From positions 27,383 through 91,382 of the forward strand of contig CAKZOO010000032.1 in assembly GCA_937136455.1 (NCBI GenBank): DNA of 64,000 bases, in the 5' to 3' direction. Under the pieces are notes generated by a model. That model did no database searches. It was not told where the DNA came from and was given only the letters and a program-made list of their open reading frames with translations. The translations under genes and the position numbers were made by a program. This stretch comes from an uncultured Flavobacteriaceae bacterium. Lineage in GTDB: Bacteria; Bacteroidota; Bacteroidia; Flavobacteriales; Flavobacteriaceae. Below are positions 19,398-29,922 of this stretch, piece by piece (position 1 is the first letter of the stretch; every line of letters starts with the position of its first letter).

Positions 19398-20084
19398 CTA
19401 AACAAATCGGGATCGATATCCAATACTCAACAAATAGATCTTTGATGGGGAGCTATTTGCTAGGGCATTACAACAATGAGTCATGGTGCTTCCTGTGGTG
19501 ATTAAATCATCGACTATTAAAACAGTTCGATTACAAAGGTCGATAGTTTTCTTTAGCTCAAATGGATTGCTTTCAAAACTTCGATTGATTCTAGATTTAT
19601 GAGTCTGCGAATCTCGATAACGAATTCGTTTTAACAGCTTAGGAGCATAGTCCCAATCCATTAATTTTGAAAGTCTTTTACAAAACTGGTGTAGTTGATT
19701 GTACCCCCTTTGGTGTTTTTTTCTCCAATGAAGAGGCACAGGAACGAGATAATCAACAGTCGTTAGACAGGAATCCTGTTTTAGAATTTCAGCAGCCCAG
19801 TTCGCAAAAAAATCACCGAGCTGTTGTTGATCTCTATATTTTAAATGGTGTAAGAGCGCTTTTAAAATACCAGCCTGATCAAAGTAGAACAGAGCAGAGG
19901 CCTTTGTAAATTTAGTTTTGCCGTAAAAACTTCGATCGCATTCGTTTTCAAGACAAAAGTTAAAATTAGTAGTGGATAACTGATGCCTACAGGCGGTACA
20001 CAACAGCTGTTCGCCAAAAGATAAATGGCTAAGACAAGCACTGCAGCTTCGTGGAATTAGTATGTCGATTACTGATTTAAACAC
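19398..20084 (-). CDS. comF: ComF family protein (zinc ribbon + PRTase)
   Basis: CxxC...CxxC, VPLHW...RGYNQ and LIVDDLITTGST motifs. Confidence 0.88.
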   Translation of the reverse strand: MFKSVIDILIPRSCSACLSHLSFGEQLLCTACRHQLSTTNFNFCLENECDRSFYGKTKFTKASALFYFDQAGILKALLHHLKYRDQQQLGDFFANWAAEILKQDSCLTTVDYLVPVPLHWRKKHQRGYNQLHQFCKRLSKLMDWDYAPKLLKRIRYRDSQTHKSRINRSFESNPFELKKTIDLCNRTVLIVDDLITTGSTMTHCCNALANSSPSKIYLLSIGYRSRFV

Positions 20085-20202
20085 AATACTATAAAACTAA
20101 AGCTATTTGTTTTTATCCATTGGGTTCCCAAGACGAATGACTGGGTCATCATTTCACAATTTTTAATTTTTAATTTGCAAATAGTGCTTTACCTTTGCCC
20201 CT

Positions 20203-21747
20203 ATGGCATTACAAGAAGACGATTTTAAAAAAGTAATATCTCACGCTAAGGAATACGGTTTTGTATTTCAATCGAGTGAGATTTACGATGGACTCTCTGC
20301 GGTGTATGATTATGCACAGCAAGGAGCCGCTTTAAAAAACAATATCAAAGAATATTGGTGGAAAGCAATGGTTCAACTTCACGACAATATTGTGGGGATT
20401 GACTCTGCAATTTTTATGCATCCAACAACCTGGAAAGCTTCAGGACACGTCGATGCGTTTAACGATCCACTTATTGACAATAAAGACTCTAAAAAGCGTT
20501 ATAGAGCTGATGTGCTCATCGAAGATTACGTCGGAAAATTAGACGCTAAGATTGAAAAAGAAGTCGCAAAAGCGCAGAAGCGTTTTGGAGATGCTTTTGA
20601 CAAGGAACAGTTTATTGCAACTAATCCAAGAGTTCTCGGTTACAAACAAAAAGGAGAGGAGATTTTAGCTCGAATGGGGAAATCCCTTTCTGAGGAAAAT
20701 CTCGCTGATGTAAAAGCGCTTATAGAGGAGTTAGAAATTGTTTGTCCATTATCTGGTTCTAAAAACTGGACTGATGTAAAGCAGTTCAATTTGATGTTTG
20801 GAACCAAGCTCGGAGCCTCTGCAGATACCGCTATGGATCTTTATCTAAGACCAGAAACGGCACAGGGGATCTTTGTCAACTTCTTAAATGTTCAAAAGAC
20901 AGGCCGTATGAAAATTCCTTTTGGAATTGCTCAAATCGGAAAGGCCTTTAGAAATGAAATTGTCGCACGTCAATTTATCTTTAGACAACGAGAGTTTGAA
21001 CAGATGGAAATGCAGTTCTTCATCAAGCCAGGAACTCAAAAAGACTGGTATGAAAAGTGGAAAGAAACCCGCTTAAAATGGCATCATTCCCTTGGATTGG
21101 GTGAAGATAATTACCGTTTCCACGATCACGAAAAGTTAGCGCATTATGCTGATGCTGCTGCCGATATTGAATTTAAATTCCCATTTGGATTTAAGGAGTT
21201 AGAAGGAATTCACTCAAGAACTGATTTTGATTTAGGGTCTCATGAAAAATACTCTGGTAAGAAATTACAGTATTTCGATCCTGAAATCAACGAGTCTTAT
21301 GTTCCCTATGTAGTGGAAACTTCTATCGGAGTGGATCGTATGTTCTTGGCAGTGTTTTCCAATGCCCTTAGAGAAGAAGAATTAGAAAATGGTTCTACGA
21401 GAACGGTTTTAAAATTACCGGCCGTATTAGCACCTACCAAGGCAGCGATATTACCGCTGGTTAAAAAAGATGGACTTCCTGAAATCGCTCATCAAATTGT
21501 AGAAGATCTCAAGTGGGATTTTGAGGTGGCTTATGATGAAAAAGATGCAGTAGGAAGACGCTATAGAAGACAAGATGCCTTAGGGACACCATTCTGTATC
21601 ACTGTCGATCATCAGACCTTAGAAGATCAAACAGTAACGATTCGTCACAGAGATTCAATGGATCAGAATCGCGTTGCCATCAGTGAACTTTCCAGTATTA
21701 TTAAAGCTGAGGTTGACTTAAAGCACTGGCTTAAAAAGATGAACTAA
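20203..21747 (+). CDS. glyQS: Glycine--tRNA ligase (alpha2 type)
   Basis: WKASGHVDAF, LRPETAQGIF, FRNEI and ELEGIHSRTDFDL motifs. Confidence 0.97.
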   Translation: MALQEDDFKKVISHAKEYGFVFQSSEIYDGLSAVYDYAQQGAALKNNIKEYWWKAMVQLHDNIVGIDSAIFMHPTTWKASGHVDAFNDPLIDNKDSKKRYRADVLIEDYVGKLDAKIEKEVAKAQKRFGDAFDKEQFIATNPRVLGYKQKGEEILARMGKSLSEENLADVKALIEELEIVCPLSGSKNWTDVKQFNLMFGTKLGASADTAMDLYLRPETAQGIFVNFLNVQKTGRMKIPFGIAQIGKAFRNEIVARQFIFRQREFEQMEMQFFIKPGTQKDWYEKWKETRLKWHHSLGLGEDNYRFHDHEKLAHYADAAADIEFKFPFGFKELEGIHSRTDFDLGSHEKYSGKKLQYFDPEINESYVPYVVETSIGVDRMFLAVFSNALREEELENGSTRTVLKLPAVLAPTKAAILPLVKKDGLPEIAHQIVEDLKWDFEVAYDEKDAVGRRYRRQDALGTPFCITVDHQTLEDQTVTIRHRDSMDQNRVAISELSSIIKAEVDLKHWLKKMN

Positions 21748-21748
21748 G

Positions 21749-22513
21749 ATGAAGATCGTCTCTTATAACGTCAATGGAATCCGAGCTGCTTTAAATAAGG
21801 GGTTTATAGAGTGGCTCATCGCTACTGATCCTGATGTATTGTGCATTCAGGAGACAAAAGCCCATAAAGACCAGCTCGATCTATCGCTATTTGAAGAGGC
21901 GGGTTATCCCTTTCACTATTGGTTTTCTGCTCAAAAAAAAGGTTATAGCTCTGTTGCAGTTTTATGTAAGAAAGAACCTAACCACATTGCTTATGGAACG
22001 GGTATCGACTATATGGACCAAGAAGGTAGAAATCTCAGAGTAGACTATGATGAGGTTTCTGTGATGAGCATGTACTTGCCTTCTGGAACCAATGAGGCGC
22101 GATTGGGGTATAAGTTCACCTATATGGATGACATTTTAGAATACCTCAAAGAACTCAGAAAAGAAATCCCCAATCTAGTTGTTTGTGGGGATTACAATAT
22201 TTGTCACGAGGCTATTGACATTCACGATCCTGTTCGCAATAAAACGGTGTCAGGATTTTTACCTGAAGAAAGAGCTTGGATGTCCTCACTTATTCAAAGC
22301 GGTTTTATAGATAGTTTTAGACATCTAAACAAAGAGCCTGATCAGTATACCTGGTGGAGCTATAGAGCGAACGCACGTGCCAATAACAAGGGATGGCGAT
22401 TGGATTACGCCATGGTTAGTGAGCCCTTAAAAGATAAGATTAAGCGATCGGCGATATTGTCTGGGGCAGTACACTCTGATCATTGTCCCATACTTTTGGA
22501 GCTGACTTCATAA
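21749..22513 (+). CDS. xth: Exodeoxyribonuclease III
   Basis: SYNVNGIRA, QETK, GDYNICH, GWRLDY and SDHCP motifs. Confidence 0.96.
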   Translation: MKIVSYNVNGIRAALNKGFIEWLIATDPDVLCIQETKAHKDQLDLSLFEEAGYPFHYWFSAQKKGYSSVAVLCKKEPNHIAYGTGIDYMDQEGRNLRVDYDEVSVMSMYLPSGTNEARLGYKFTYMDDILEYLKELRKEIPNLVVCGDYNICHEAIDIHDPVRNKTVSGFLPEERAWMSSLIQSGFIDSFRHLNKEPDQYTWWSYRANARANNKGWRLDYAMVSEPLKDKIKRSAILSGAVHSDHCPILLELTS

Positions 22514-22567
22514 GTAGATTGATTTATATCAATTTACTATATTAGCGGCTTATTTAAAAACTCTCAA

Positions 22568-23608
22568 ATGAAATACACTACATTAGGAACTACTGACCTA
22601 AAAGTCAGTAAAATTTGCCTTGGAACCATGACTTGGGGTCGACAAAACACCCTCGAAGAAGGACATGAGCAAATGGATTATGCCCTAGATCAAGGGGTCA
22701 ATTTTTGGGATACTGCAGAATTGTATCCTGTACCTGCACAGCCAGAAACTTATGCGGACACCGAGCGAATTATCGGTAAGTGGTTTGCAAAAAACAAGAA
22801 GCGCGATCAGGTGGTTTTAGCTTCAAAAATAGTGGGGCCAGCTGACTTTACAAAGCACATTAGAACTACTGGATTTTCTCCAAAATCGATTGAAGAGGCG
22901 GTAGACGCAAGTTTAAAGCGACTTCAAACAGATTATATCGATCTCTATCAATTACACTGGCCAGAACGTTCGACTAACTTTTTTGGAAAATTGGGATACG
23001 AACACGATCATAATGAACAGTGGGAGTGTAATTTCAAACAAATTCTCGAAAGTTTAAACGAGCAGGTTAAAGCTGGAAAGATTCGCCACATAGGTCTTTC
23101 AAATGAAACTGCTTGGGGAGCTATGAAGTATTTAGAATTACATCGCGAGTATCCTGAGCTTCCTAGAATGCAATCCGTTCAAAACCCCTATTCACTTCTC
23201 AATAGAAGTTATGAGGTTGGTCTTGCTGAAGTATCCGTACGAGAAAAAATGGGATTATTAGCATATTCTCCTTTGGGATTTGGTGTGTTATCTGGAAAGT
23301 ATTTAGGGGGAGAACAACCTGAAAAAGCAAGGGTGACTCTATTTCCGAATTTTAATAGATATTCCAATGAGCAGGCTGTTCTCGCGACTCAGAAATACGC
23401 TGAACTGGCAAATGCTCACGGATTGACTCCAGCACAGCTCTCACTGGCATTTGTAAACACGAGACCTTTTGTGACTGCGAATATTATTGGAGCGACCACT
23501 ATGGATCAACTCAAAGAAAACATCGATAGCATCAATATTGATATGACTCCAGAATTATACGAAGGTATTCAGGCGATTCACAAAGAGCACCCGATTCCTT
23601 CTCCTTAA
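22568..23608 (+). CDS. NADP(H)-dependent aldo-keto reductase (Tas-like)
   Basis: LGTMTWG, DTAELYP, DLYQLHWP and IIGAT motifs. Confidence 0.92.
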   Translation: MKYTTLGTTDLKVSKICLGTMTWGRQNTLEEGHEQMDYALDQGVNFWDTAELYPVPAQPETYADTERIIGKWFAKNKKRDQVVLASKIVGPADFTKHIRTTGFSPKSIEEAVDASLKRLQTDYIDLYQLHWPERSTNFFGKLGYEHDHNEQWECNFKQILESLNEQVKAGKIRHIGLSNETAWGAMKYLELHREYPELPRMQSVQNPYSLLNRSYEVGLAEVSVREKMGLLAYSPLGFGVLSGKYLGGEQPEKARVTLFPNFNRYSNEQAVLATQKYAELANAHGLTPAQLSLAFVNTRPFVTANIIGATTMDQLKENIDSINIDMTPELYEGIQAIHKEHPIPSP

Positions 23609-24963
23609 GAGAATAAGTGTTTTAAAACCTCTTCAATTCTTCCAGCCTGAATTACTTTGATTTTAGGCTGGATATTGATTGTGGTGTGCTTGGATACCAC
23701 AATACTCTTAAAACCTAATTTTTCAGCCTCGTGAATTCGTTGGTCGGCACGTTGTACTGGTCGAATTTCTCCAGCAAGACCTACTTCGGCTGCAAAGCAC
23801 AGATTTTTGTTGATGGGACGATCTAGATTTGAGCTTAAAACAGCCGCGATGACTGCTAAATCTAATGCAGGATCTTCAATGCTAATTCCTCCAGTAATAT
23901 TTAAAAAAACGTCTTTGGCTCCCAGTTTAAAACCAGCTCTTTTTTCAAGAACAGCTAGTAGCATATTGAGTCTTTTGATATTAAATCCCGTAGTGGAGCG
24001 TTGAGGAGTTCCATAAACAGCAGAACTCACTAGAGCTTGAATCTCAACCATAAGCGGTCTCATGCCTTCTAAGGTGGCAGCAATTGCCGTTCCTGAGAGG
24101 TCTTCATCTGAGTTAGAGATAAGTATTTTTGAGGGGTTGCTGACCTCCTTTAGACCTGAGCCAATCATTTCGTAAATTCCGAGTTCAGCGGTTGATCCAA
24201 ATCTATTTTTTAACGCTCTGAGGATTCTGTAAACATAGTTTTTGTCGCCTTCAAATTGCAATACCGTATCCACCATATGTTCTAGAATCTTTGGTCCAGC
24301 AATGGATCCATCTTTGGTGATGTGTCCGATTAAAATCACTGGAGTATGGGTTTCTTTTGCAAATTGAATGAGGTCTGCAGTAGTGGCTCTAATTTGAGAT
24401 ACTGATCCCGCCGCCGATTCTATTAGGTCAGAATGCAGGGTTTGGATCGAATCGATGATCACAATATCCGGTTCGAGCTCTTGAATTTGTCTAAAGATGT
24501 TTTGAATATTAGTCTCGGTAAGGATAAAACAATTGTCTAAATCTCTATTGATGCGATCAGCTCGCATCTTTAATTGTTTTTGGCTCTCCTCACCCGATAC
24601 ATAAAGTGTTTTATAGGGCAGATTTAATGCGATTTGAAGCAGTAGCGTGCTTTTCCCAACTCCGGGTTCTCCCCCTAAAAGGGTTAGGGATCCCGGTACG
24701 ATACCACCCCCTAAAACACGGTTTAATTCCTTGTCTAAACTATCCATTCTGATCTCTGAATCAGTGGCAATGTCTTTGACTTTTAATGGTTTTGAGGTCT
24801 TAGTTGAGGAAGATAAACTTACATTCCAAGCCTTTTTTTCTTCTTTTTGAACAACTTCTTCTACAACGGTATTCCACTCCTTGCAGGAAGAACATTGTCC
24901 CACCCATTTAGCGAATTGGGTGCCACAATTTTGACAAAAGAAGGAGGTTTTGGTTTTAGCCAT
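23605..24963 (-). CDS. radA: DNA repair protein RadA/Sms
   Basis: C4 zinc finger, GGEPGVGKSTLLLQ, KNRFG and a Lon-like C-terminus. Confidence 0.97.
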   Translation of the reverse strand: MAKTKTSFFCQNCGTQFAKWVGQCSSCKEWNTVVEEVVQKEEKKAWNVSLSSSTKTSKPLKVKDIATDSEIRMDSLDKELNRVLGGGIVPGSLTLLGGEPGVGKSTLLLQIALNLPYKTLYVSGEESQKQLKMRADRINRDLDNCFILTETNIQNIFRQIQELEPDIVIIDSIQTLHSDLIESAAGSVSQIRATTADLIQFAKETHTPVILIGHITKDGSIAGPKILEHMVDTVLQFEGDKNYVYRILRALKNRFGSTAELGIYEMIGSGLKEVSNPSKILISNSDEDLSGTAIAATLEGMRPLMVEIQALVSSAVYGTPQRSTTGFNIKRLNMLLAVLEKRAGFKLGAKDVFLNITGGISIEDPALDLAVIAAVLSSNLDRPINKNLCFAAEVGLAGEIRPVQRADQRIHEAEKLGFKSIVVSKHTTINIQPKIKVIQAGRIEEVLKHLFS

Positions 24964-24999
24964 TGTAGAAAACATTAGAATGAAAACTCTAAAGTAAAC

Positions 25000-25968
25000 C
25001 TATTTATTTTTAGATGCAATAAAGGGTAGGACTAAAAACGACAGGGTTCCTAAAACCACCACCATTAGTGTTTGAGTGATCCATACAATCCAACCAAAGG
25101 CATTTCCTGATATGGCAGAGATTCCGTAAATTGAAAGTGATTTATTGACGGCGATTGGATAGAGTCCAATACCTCCGTTGGTTGCAGTCATGGCAAAGGC
25201 TCCTGCGATAAATCCGACAAGAATCTCAGAAAAGCTCAGATCGACCACTTCAGGAACAGCAAATTTTAGCACCCAAAACATTCCGATATAGGCGGCCCAT
25301 ATAAACAAGCTGTGACCGATAAAAGCCCACTTTTTTTTAAGCTTTAAGATACTGAGAGCTCCTTCGATAAGACCTCCAAAAAAGCTTCTAAACCTTTTGG
25401 CAAATCCAGATTTGGATTCTTTTAAGAATTTTAAAACTACAAACCCTATCACAAGTAGAACTGCTAATCCAACAAGAATAGTGTTGATAGAAATTCCTTG
25501 AGAATTAAAATAATCCAAGATGACATCAGTTTGAAGTATGATGCTTAAGCCAATGATGATAAGAAGGATGATCAGATCGATTATTCGCTCTGTGACAATC
25601 GTTCCAAAACCCTTTTGAAAAGGAACTTCTTCATAGGTAGACAAGGCTGTTGCTCTTAAAAATTCTCCTGATCTAGGAATCCCTAAATTAGTCAGATAAC
25701 TCATTAAGATAATCAGGATATTGGACTTTAAAGGGGGCTTATAACCCATAGGCTCTAAAAGGTAATTCCATCGAATCGCTCTCGATATATGAGAGAGAAT
25801 CCCCAAAATTATAGAGGCGCTTATCCAAAGTGGATCTACATTTAAAATGTAGTTATAAATAGTCTGACGCTCTTCTGGTGTTGTTTTGGAATAGGCGTAC
25901 CATATCAAAAAAAGCCCTAATCCAATTGGAAGTACGGTTTTTAATAGTTTGATGAGCCTGGCTTTCAA
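25000..25968 (-). CDS. Lysylphosphatidylglycerol synthase TM (flippase-like) protein
   Basis: RAIRW, PRSGEFLR, GTIVTERIID and GGIGLY motifs. Confidence 0.85.
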   Translation of the reverse strand: MKARLIKLLKTVLPIGLGLFLIWYAYSKTTPEERQTIYNYILNVDPLWISASIILGILSHISRAIRWNYLLEPMGYKPPLKSNILIILMSYLTNLGIPRSGEFLRATALSTYEEVPFQKGFGTIVTERIIDLIILLIIIGLSIILQTDVILDYFNSQGISINTILVGLAVLLVIGFVVLKFLKESKSGFAKRFRSFFGGLIEGALSILKLKKKWAFIGHSLFIWAAYIGMFWVLKFAVPEVVDLSFSEILVGFIAGAFAMTATNGGIGLYPIAVNKSLSIYGISAISGNAFGWIVWITQTLMVVVLGTLSFLVLPFIASKNK

Positions 25969-25970
25969 GA

Positions 25971-26321
25971 TTACTCTAAGAGGTTGGTTTCTTCGTTTGG
26001 AAATACAATAGCAGGAGTGAACGTTTTAGCTTTCTCGTAATCCATATAAGCATAACAGATGAGAATAAGAACATCACCTACAGCTACTTTTCGAGCTGCA
26101 GCTCCATTAAGGGTGATTTCACCAGAGTTTCTAGGTCCAGGAATACAGTAGGTTTCCAATCGTTCACCATTGTTGTTGTTTACGATTTGAACTTTTTCTC
26201 CTTGGATGATATTTGCAGCATCCATAAGATCTTCATCGATTGTAATACTACCGATATAGTTGAGGTCAGCACCGGTGACCTTGACTCTGTGAATTTTCGA
26301 TTTTACTACCTGAATTTGCAT
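25971..26321 (-). CDS. panD: Aspartate 1-decarboxylase
   Basis: [14 protein letters not shown] and NGAAAR motifs. Confidence 0.97.
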   Translation of the reverse strand: MQIQVVKSKIHRVKVTGADLNYIGSITIDEDLMDAANIIQGEKVQIVNNNNGERLETYCIPGPRNSGEITLNGAAARKVAVGDVLILICYAYMDYEKAKTFTPAIVFPNEETNLLE

Positions 26322-26343
26322 GGTGCAAAGATACGACTATTTT

Positions 26344-27207
26344 TTAATTGATGACAAAGTGCGTATAGCCGATATTGTCAATTAAACGAACATCGTGAAA
26401 CACCACCGCGATCAAGAATCTGTAGTGTTTGTTTGCTTCAAATTCAGTGACTGGCAGGAAGTTGTCAACGCAGGCTATTTCAAAGTACTTGAGGTCAAAA
26501 TCAGCTTCTTTTGAAAAGCGCTGTTCGATGAGTTTTTTGAGCTGTTGAGGGTTGTTGTTTTTCGCAAGTTCAATTGCTAAGTTTAATGAGTCGTAAATGA
26601 AAACGGCTCGATCTCTTTGGGTTTGGGTCAAACGACTGTTTCTGGAACTCATAGCTAATCCATTTGCTTCGCGAACAATAGGACATGAGATGATTTCAAT
26701 AGGTAATTGGAGTTGTTTAACCAGTGATTTTACAATGAGAAGTTGCTGGAAATCTTTCTCTCCAAAATAGGCCTTATCAGGGCTTACAATTCTGAGAAGT
26801 TCCTCCACAATGGTTCCTACACCGTCAAAATGTCCTGGGCGATCCAATCCCTCAAGATATAAGTCAATGCCTTCAAAATCATAATTTTTTGAGCGAACGT
26901 TTTCTTGATACATCTCTTGAACGGAAGGAGTAAAAACAACAATTTCTTCTGAAATTTCACAGATGAGTTTTAAGTCGTCTTCAAGTGTGCTGGGATAGTT
27001 GATTAGATCCTCTTGATTGTTGAATTGAGTAGGATTGACAAAGATGCTTGTAACCACGACATCATTTTCTGTAAAAGCCTTTTTTAAAAGACTGATATGA
27101 CCCATATGAAGAGCTCCCATGGTGGGTACAAATCCAATACTTTTCTCATTTGAATGCAAATTCAAATAGTCTCTCAGCTCTTCTTTTGTATTAAAATGTC
27201 GTTTCAT
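26344..27207 (-). CDS. panC: Pantoate--beta-alanine ligase
   Basis: PTMGALHMGH, RPGHFDGV, FGEKDFQQ and GLAMSSRN motifs. Confidence 0.97.
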   Translation of the reverse strand: MKRHFNTKEELRDYLNLHSNEKSIGFVPTMGALHMGHISLLKKAFTENDVVVTSIFVNPTQFNNQEDLINYPSTLEDDLKLICEISEEIVVFTPSVQEMYQENVRSKNYDFEGIDLYLEGLDRPGHFDGVGTIVEELLRIVSPDKAYFGEKDFQQLLIVKSLVKQLQLPIEIISCPIVREANGLAMSSRNSRLTQTQRDRAVFIYDSLNLAIELAKNNNPQQLKKLIEQRFSKEADFDLKYFEIACVDNFLPVTEFEANKHYRFLIAVVFHDVRLIDNIGYTHFVIN

Positions 27208-27307
27208 GTATGCTTTTGAGCAAGCAAACTTACTACAAATAAGGCTATTCTGCTTATTTTTTTGTAAATTTGCACACCTAATTTAGGCAATCTAAAAATA
27301 GTGTGAT

Positions 27308-28123
27308 ATGAATGGTAAAAAGATTTTGTTTGTCAGCTCTGAATTAATTCCATATATGCCTCATGATGAGGTTTCTAATATGTCTTATGAGACTCCGAGA
27401 ATGGTAAACAGCAGAGGAGGACAGATTAGAATATTTATGCCCAAGTATGGGATCATCAACGAGCGAAGACATCAGCTTCACGAAGTGATACGTCTTTCAG
27501 GGATGAATTTAGTGATTAATGACCTCGACATGCCATTGATTATTAAAGTCGCTTCGATTCCAAAAGAACGCATTCAAGTTTATTTTATAGACAACGAAGA
27601 ATACTTTAAGCGTAAATTTACCTTTACTGATGCTAAAGGAACATTGTTTGAAGATAATGATGAACGCGCTATATTTTTTGCAAAAGGAGTTGTTGAAACA
27701 GTAAAAAAACTCAATTGGACCCCTGATGTTATTCATGTTCACGGATGGTTGTCTTCTTTGCTACCGTTGTATTTGAAGAAATTTTATGCTGATGAACCTC
27801 TTTTTGCTCAATCTAAAATTGTCACATCTGTTTACGGTTCTAAATTTGAAGGTACTTTAAACAAAGAGCTCATTTCAAAAATTGCCTTTGATGGAATAGC
27901 AAAGGAGGATATTTCTGCCTTAGAAGATCCTACTTATAATAATTTGTTAAAAGTAGCAGTAGATTATTCTGATGCGATTATTTTAGCCTCAGAGAATATC
28001 GAAGACGATCTTAAAAATCATATTGAAAGTCTTCAAAAACCAGTATTGCCATTTGTGCCAATTCAAGAATTTGAAGAGGCCTACTCAAATTTTTACAATA
28101 CTGAAGTCTTAAGCATAGATTGA
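27308..28123 (+). CDS. Glycogen/starch synthase catalytic-domain protein (GT5 N-terminal)
   Basis: FMPKYG.INERRHQLHEVIRLSG and PDVIHVHGW. Occupies the conserved Bacteroidota panC-divergent position. Confidence 0.85.
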   Translation: MNGKKILFVSSELIPYMPHDEVSNMSYETPRMVNSRGGQIRIFMPKYGIINERRHQLHEVIRLSGMNLVINDLDMPLIIKVASIPKERIQVYFIDNEEYFKRKFTFTDAKGTLFEDNDERAIFFAKGVVETVKKLNWTPDVIHVHGWLSSLLPLYLKKFYADEPLFAQSKIVTSVYGSKFEGTLNKELISKIAFDGIAKEDISALEDPTYNNLLKVAVDYSDAIILASENIEDDLKNHIESLQKPVLPFVPIQEFEEAYSNFYNTEVLSID

Positions 28124-29916
28124 TGAATAGAAAAAATACTTTAGCCTCCTTATTTTTAGTTATACTCAGTTCTGTTTTGTTTTTTTCTTGTGAAAAGGAC
28201 AATTCTATTTATGGAGAAGGATTGATATCTGGTGAACTTTTTGAAACGAGTAAGGCCTATTATGACGTGGGACTTCAAACAAAGAAGTTAACAGCAGTAC
28301 AATCGAGTAATCTCTCGTTGTATCAGTTAGGTAATTACAATGACCCAATCTATGGTAAAACAGCTGCTAAAATTGGAGCACAAATTCGCTTGAGTTCCAT
28401 CAATCCAATTTTTGGGTCTTATAAACAAGCAGATGAAGGAACTGCAATTGCAACTCAAGAGAATGAGCGTACTACTTCTGCGGTTTTGTATATTCCATTT
28501 ACATTGGGAACCGATAAGGATTCTGATTTTGATGGATTGGTAGATGCTTTTGATATCGATCCTGAAGATCCAAATAGTGATTCAGATGGTGATGGAGTCA
28601 CTGATATCGACGAATACAACAAAGGAACGGATCCTTTAAATGAGGATACGGATGGAGATGGAGTTTTGGATGACGAAGACACCGAATACATAGGAAGTAG
28701 CTACGCTAAAACCTTCGAATTAGATAGTATTTACGGAAATCTTGAAGCGGATATCAACTTCAAAGTCAAGAAGTTGGATTACTATTTGGATGAGCTTGAT
28801 GCTTCAACAAACTTTCTAGAAAAGAAAACATACTACTCTAATCAAGATTTTGAACCTTACACCTCAACGGTTTTGTTTGATGATGTCATTCAGATCAGCA
28901 ATAAGGAATACGTTTATTACAAAGAAGACGATCCTGCTACTGAAGATGTCGATGAATCTTTAGAAGTAGATTACAGAAAGGCTCCAGGAATTCGAGTAAT
29001 GCTCGATCCTAAGTTCTTCGATCGTTATTTATTAGGTCAGGAAGGAAGTGATAACTTGTTGAGTCAGTCAAATTTTGTCAATTTTTTGAGAGGATTGCAC
29101 CTTTCCTTAGGGGCTTCCGATGATCTGATGATGCTATTGAATCTAACCGGAGCAGAAATTCGAGTAAATTACAAGTACGATAACTACAACAGTGATGATG
29201 AACTCGTAGAGAAATCTAGTTTTTACACTCTTAATTTATTGACTCAAACTCAAACAGGGGTGGTAGGAATCGCCGTTAATTCATTTGAAACAGAAGCGTA
29301 TCAGGGGACCATTTTAGATCAGATTCAAACCGATAATCCATCGCGATTATACCTCAAAGGTGGTGTTGGAACAGTAGCTGAAATCAATCTTTTTGATGGA
29401 GTAGATGCTGAGGCTGTCATCGATGAAATTCGCACTAATAATTGGATTATCAACGAGGCTAAATTGGTTTTTTATGTAGATCGCAATGCTTTGGATGCTG
29501 CTGGTCAAACCTATGAGCCGCCAAGACTTTATATGTACAACGCTCGTACAAAATCTAATTTGATCAATATCAATCACGAATCCTATGACAACGATTCTAA
29601 TATGGGTGTGTTTACCAATTTTGATGGTAGAATTCAAAAAGAAGCTGATAAGGGAATTAAATATGAAATTAGATTAACCGATCATATCAACAATATAATC
29701 CTCAGGGATTCTTTAAATGACCCTCTTCGATTGGAAATCGCTTCCGATGTTCGTTATCACGAATTCAACAAAGCAATGGAAGGAGATGATTCAATCAACA
29801 TACATAAATACACGGCTACAACACCTTTGGGAACTGTTCTTTACGGGAATGGAGTTTCTCAGGAAGAACAAGACAAAAAAATTAGATTAGAAATCAATTA
29901 TTCGATCTCAAATTAA
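28123..29916 (+). CDS. DUF4270 family lipoprotein with acidic Ca-binding repeat insert
   Basis: Lipobox FFSC, LYLKGGVG and WIINEAKLVFYVD motifs. Usual position upstream of glmS. Confidence 0.8.
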   Translation: MNRKNTLASLFLVILSSVLFFSCEKDNSIYGEGLISGELFETSKAYYDVGLQTKKLTAVQSSNLSLYQLGNYNDPIYGKTAAKIGAQIRLSSINPIFGSYKQADEGTAIATQENERTTSAVLYIPFTLGTDKDSDFDGLVDAFDIDPEDPNSDSDGDGVTDIDEYNKGTDPLNEDTDGDGVLDDEDTEYIGSSYAKTFELDSIYGNLEADINFKVKKLDYYLDELDASTNFLEKKTYYSNQDFEPYTSTVLFDDVIQISNKEYVYYKEDDPATEDVDESLEVDYRKAPGIRVMLDPKFFDRYLLGQEGSDNLLSQSNFVNFLRGLHLSLGASDDLMMLLNLTGAEIRVNYKYDNYNSDDELVEKSSFYTLNLLTQTQTGVVGIAVNSFETEAYQGTILDQIQTDNPSRLYLKGGVGTVAEINLFDGVDAEAVIDEIRTNNWIINEAKLVFYVDRNALDAAGQTYEPPRLYMYNARTKSNLININHESYDNDSNMGVFTNFDGRIQKEADKGIKYEIRLTDHINNIILRDSLNDPLRLEIASDVRYHEFNKAMEGDDSINIHKYTATTPLGTVLYGNGVSQEEQDKKIRLEINYSISN

Positions 29917-29922
29917 GAAATT

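Noticed and set aside
20085-20202. Small ORF or structured RNA between comF and glyQS
   Set aside because: Only a short hairpin and a 27-codon frame with no coding signal.
29917-29922. glmS ribozyme
   Set aside because: Only 6 bp separate DUF4270 from glmS, so there is no room.
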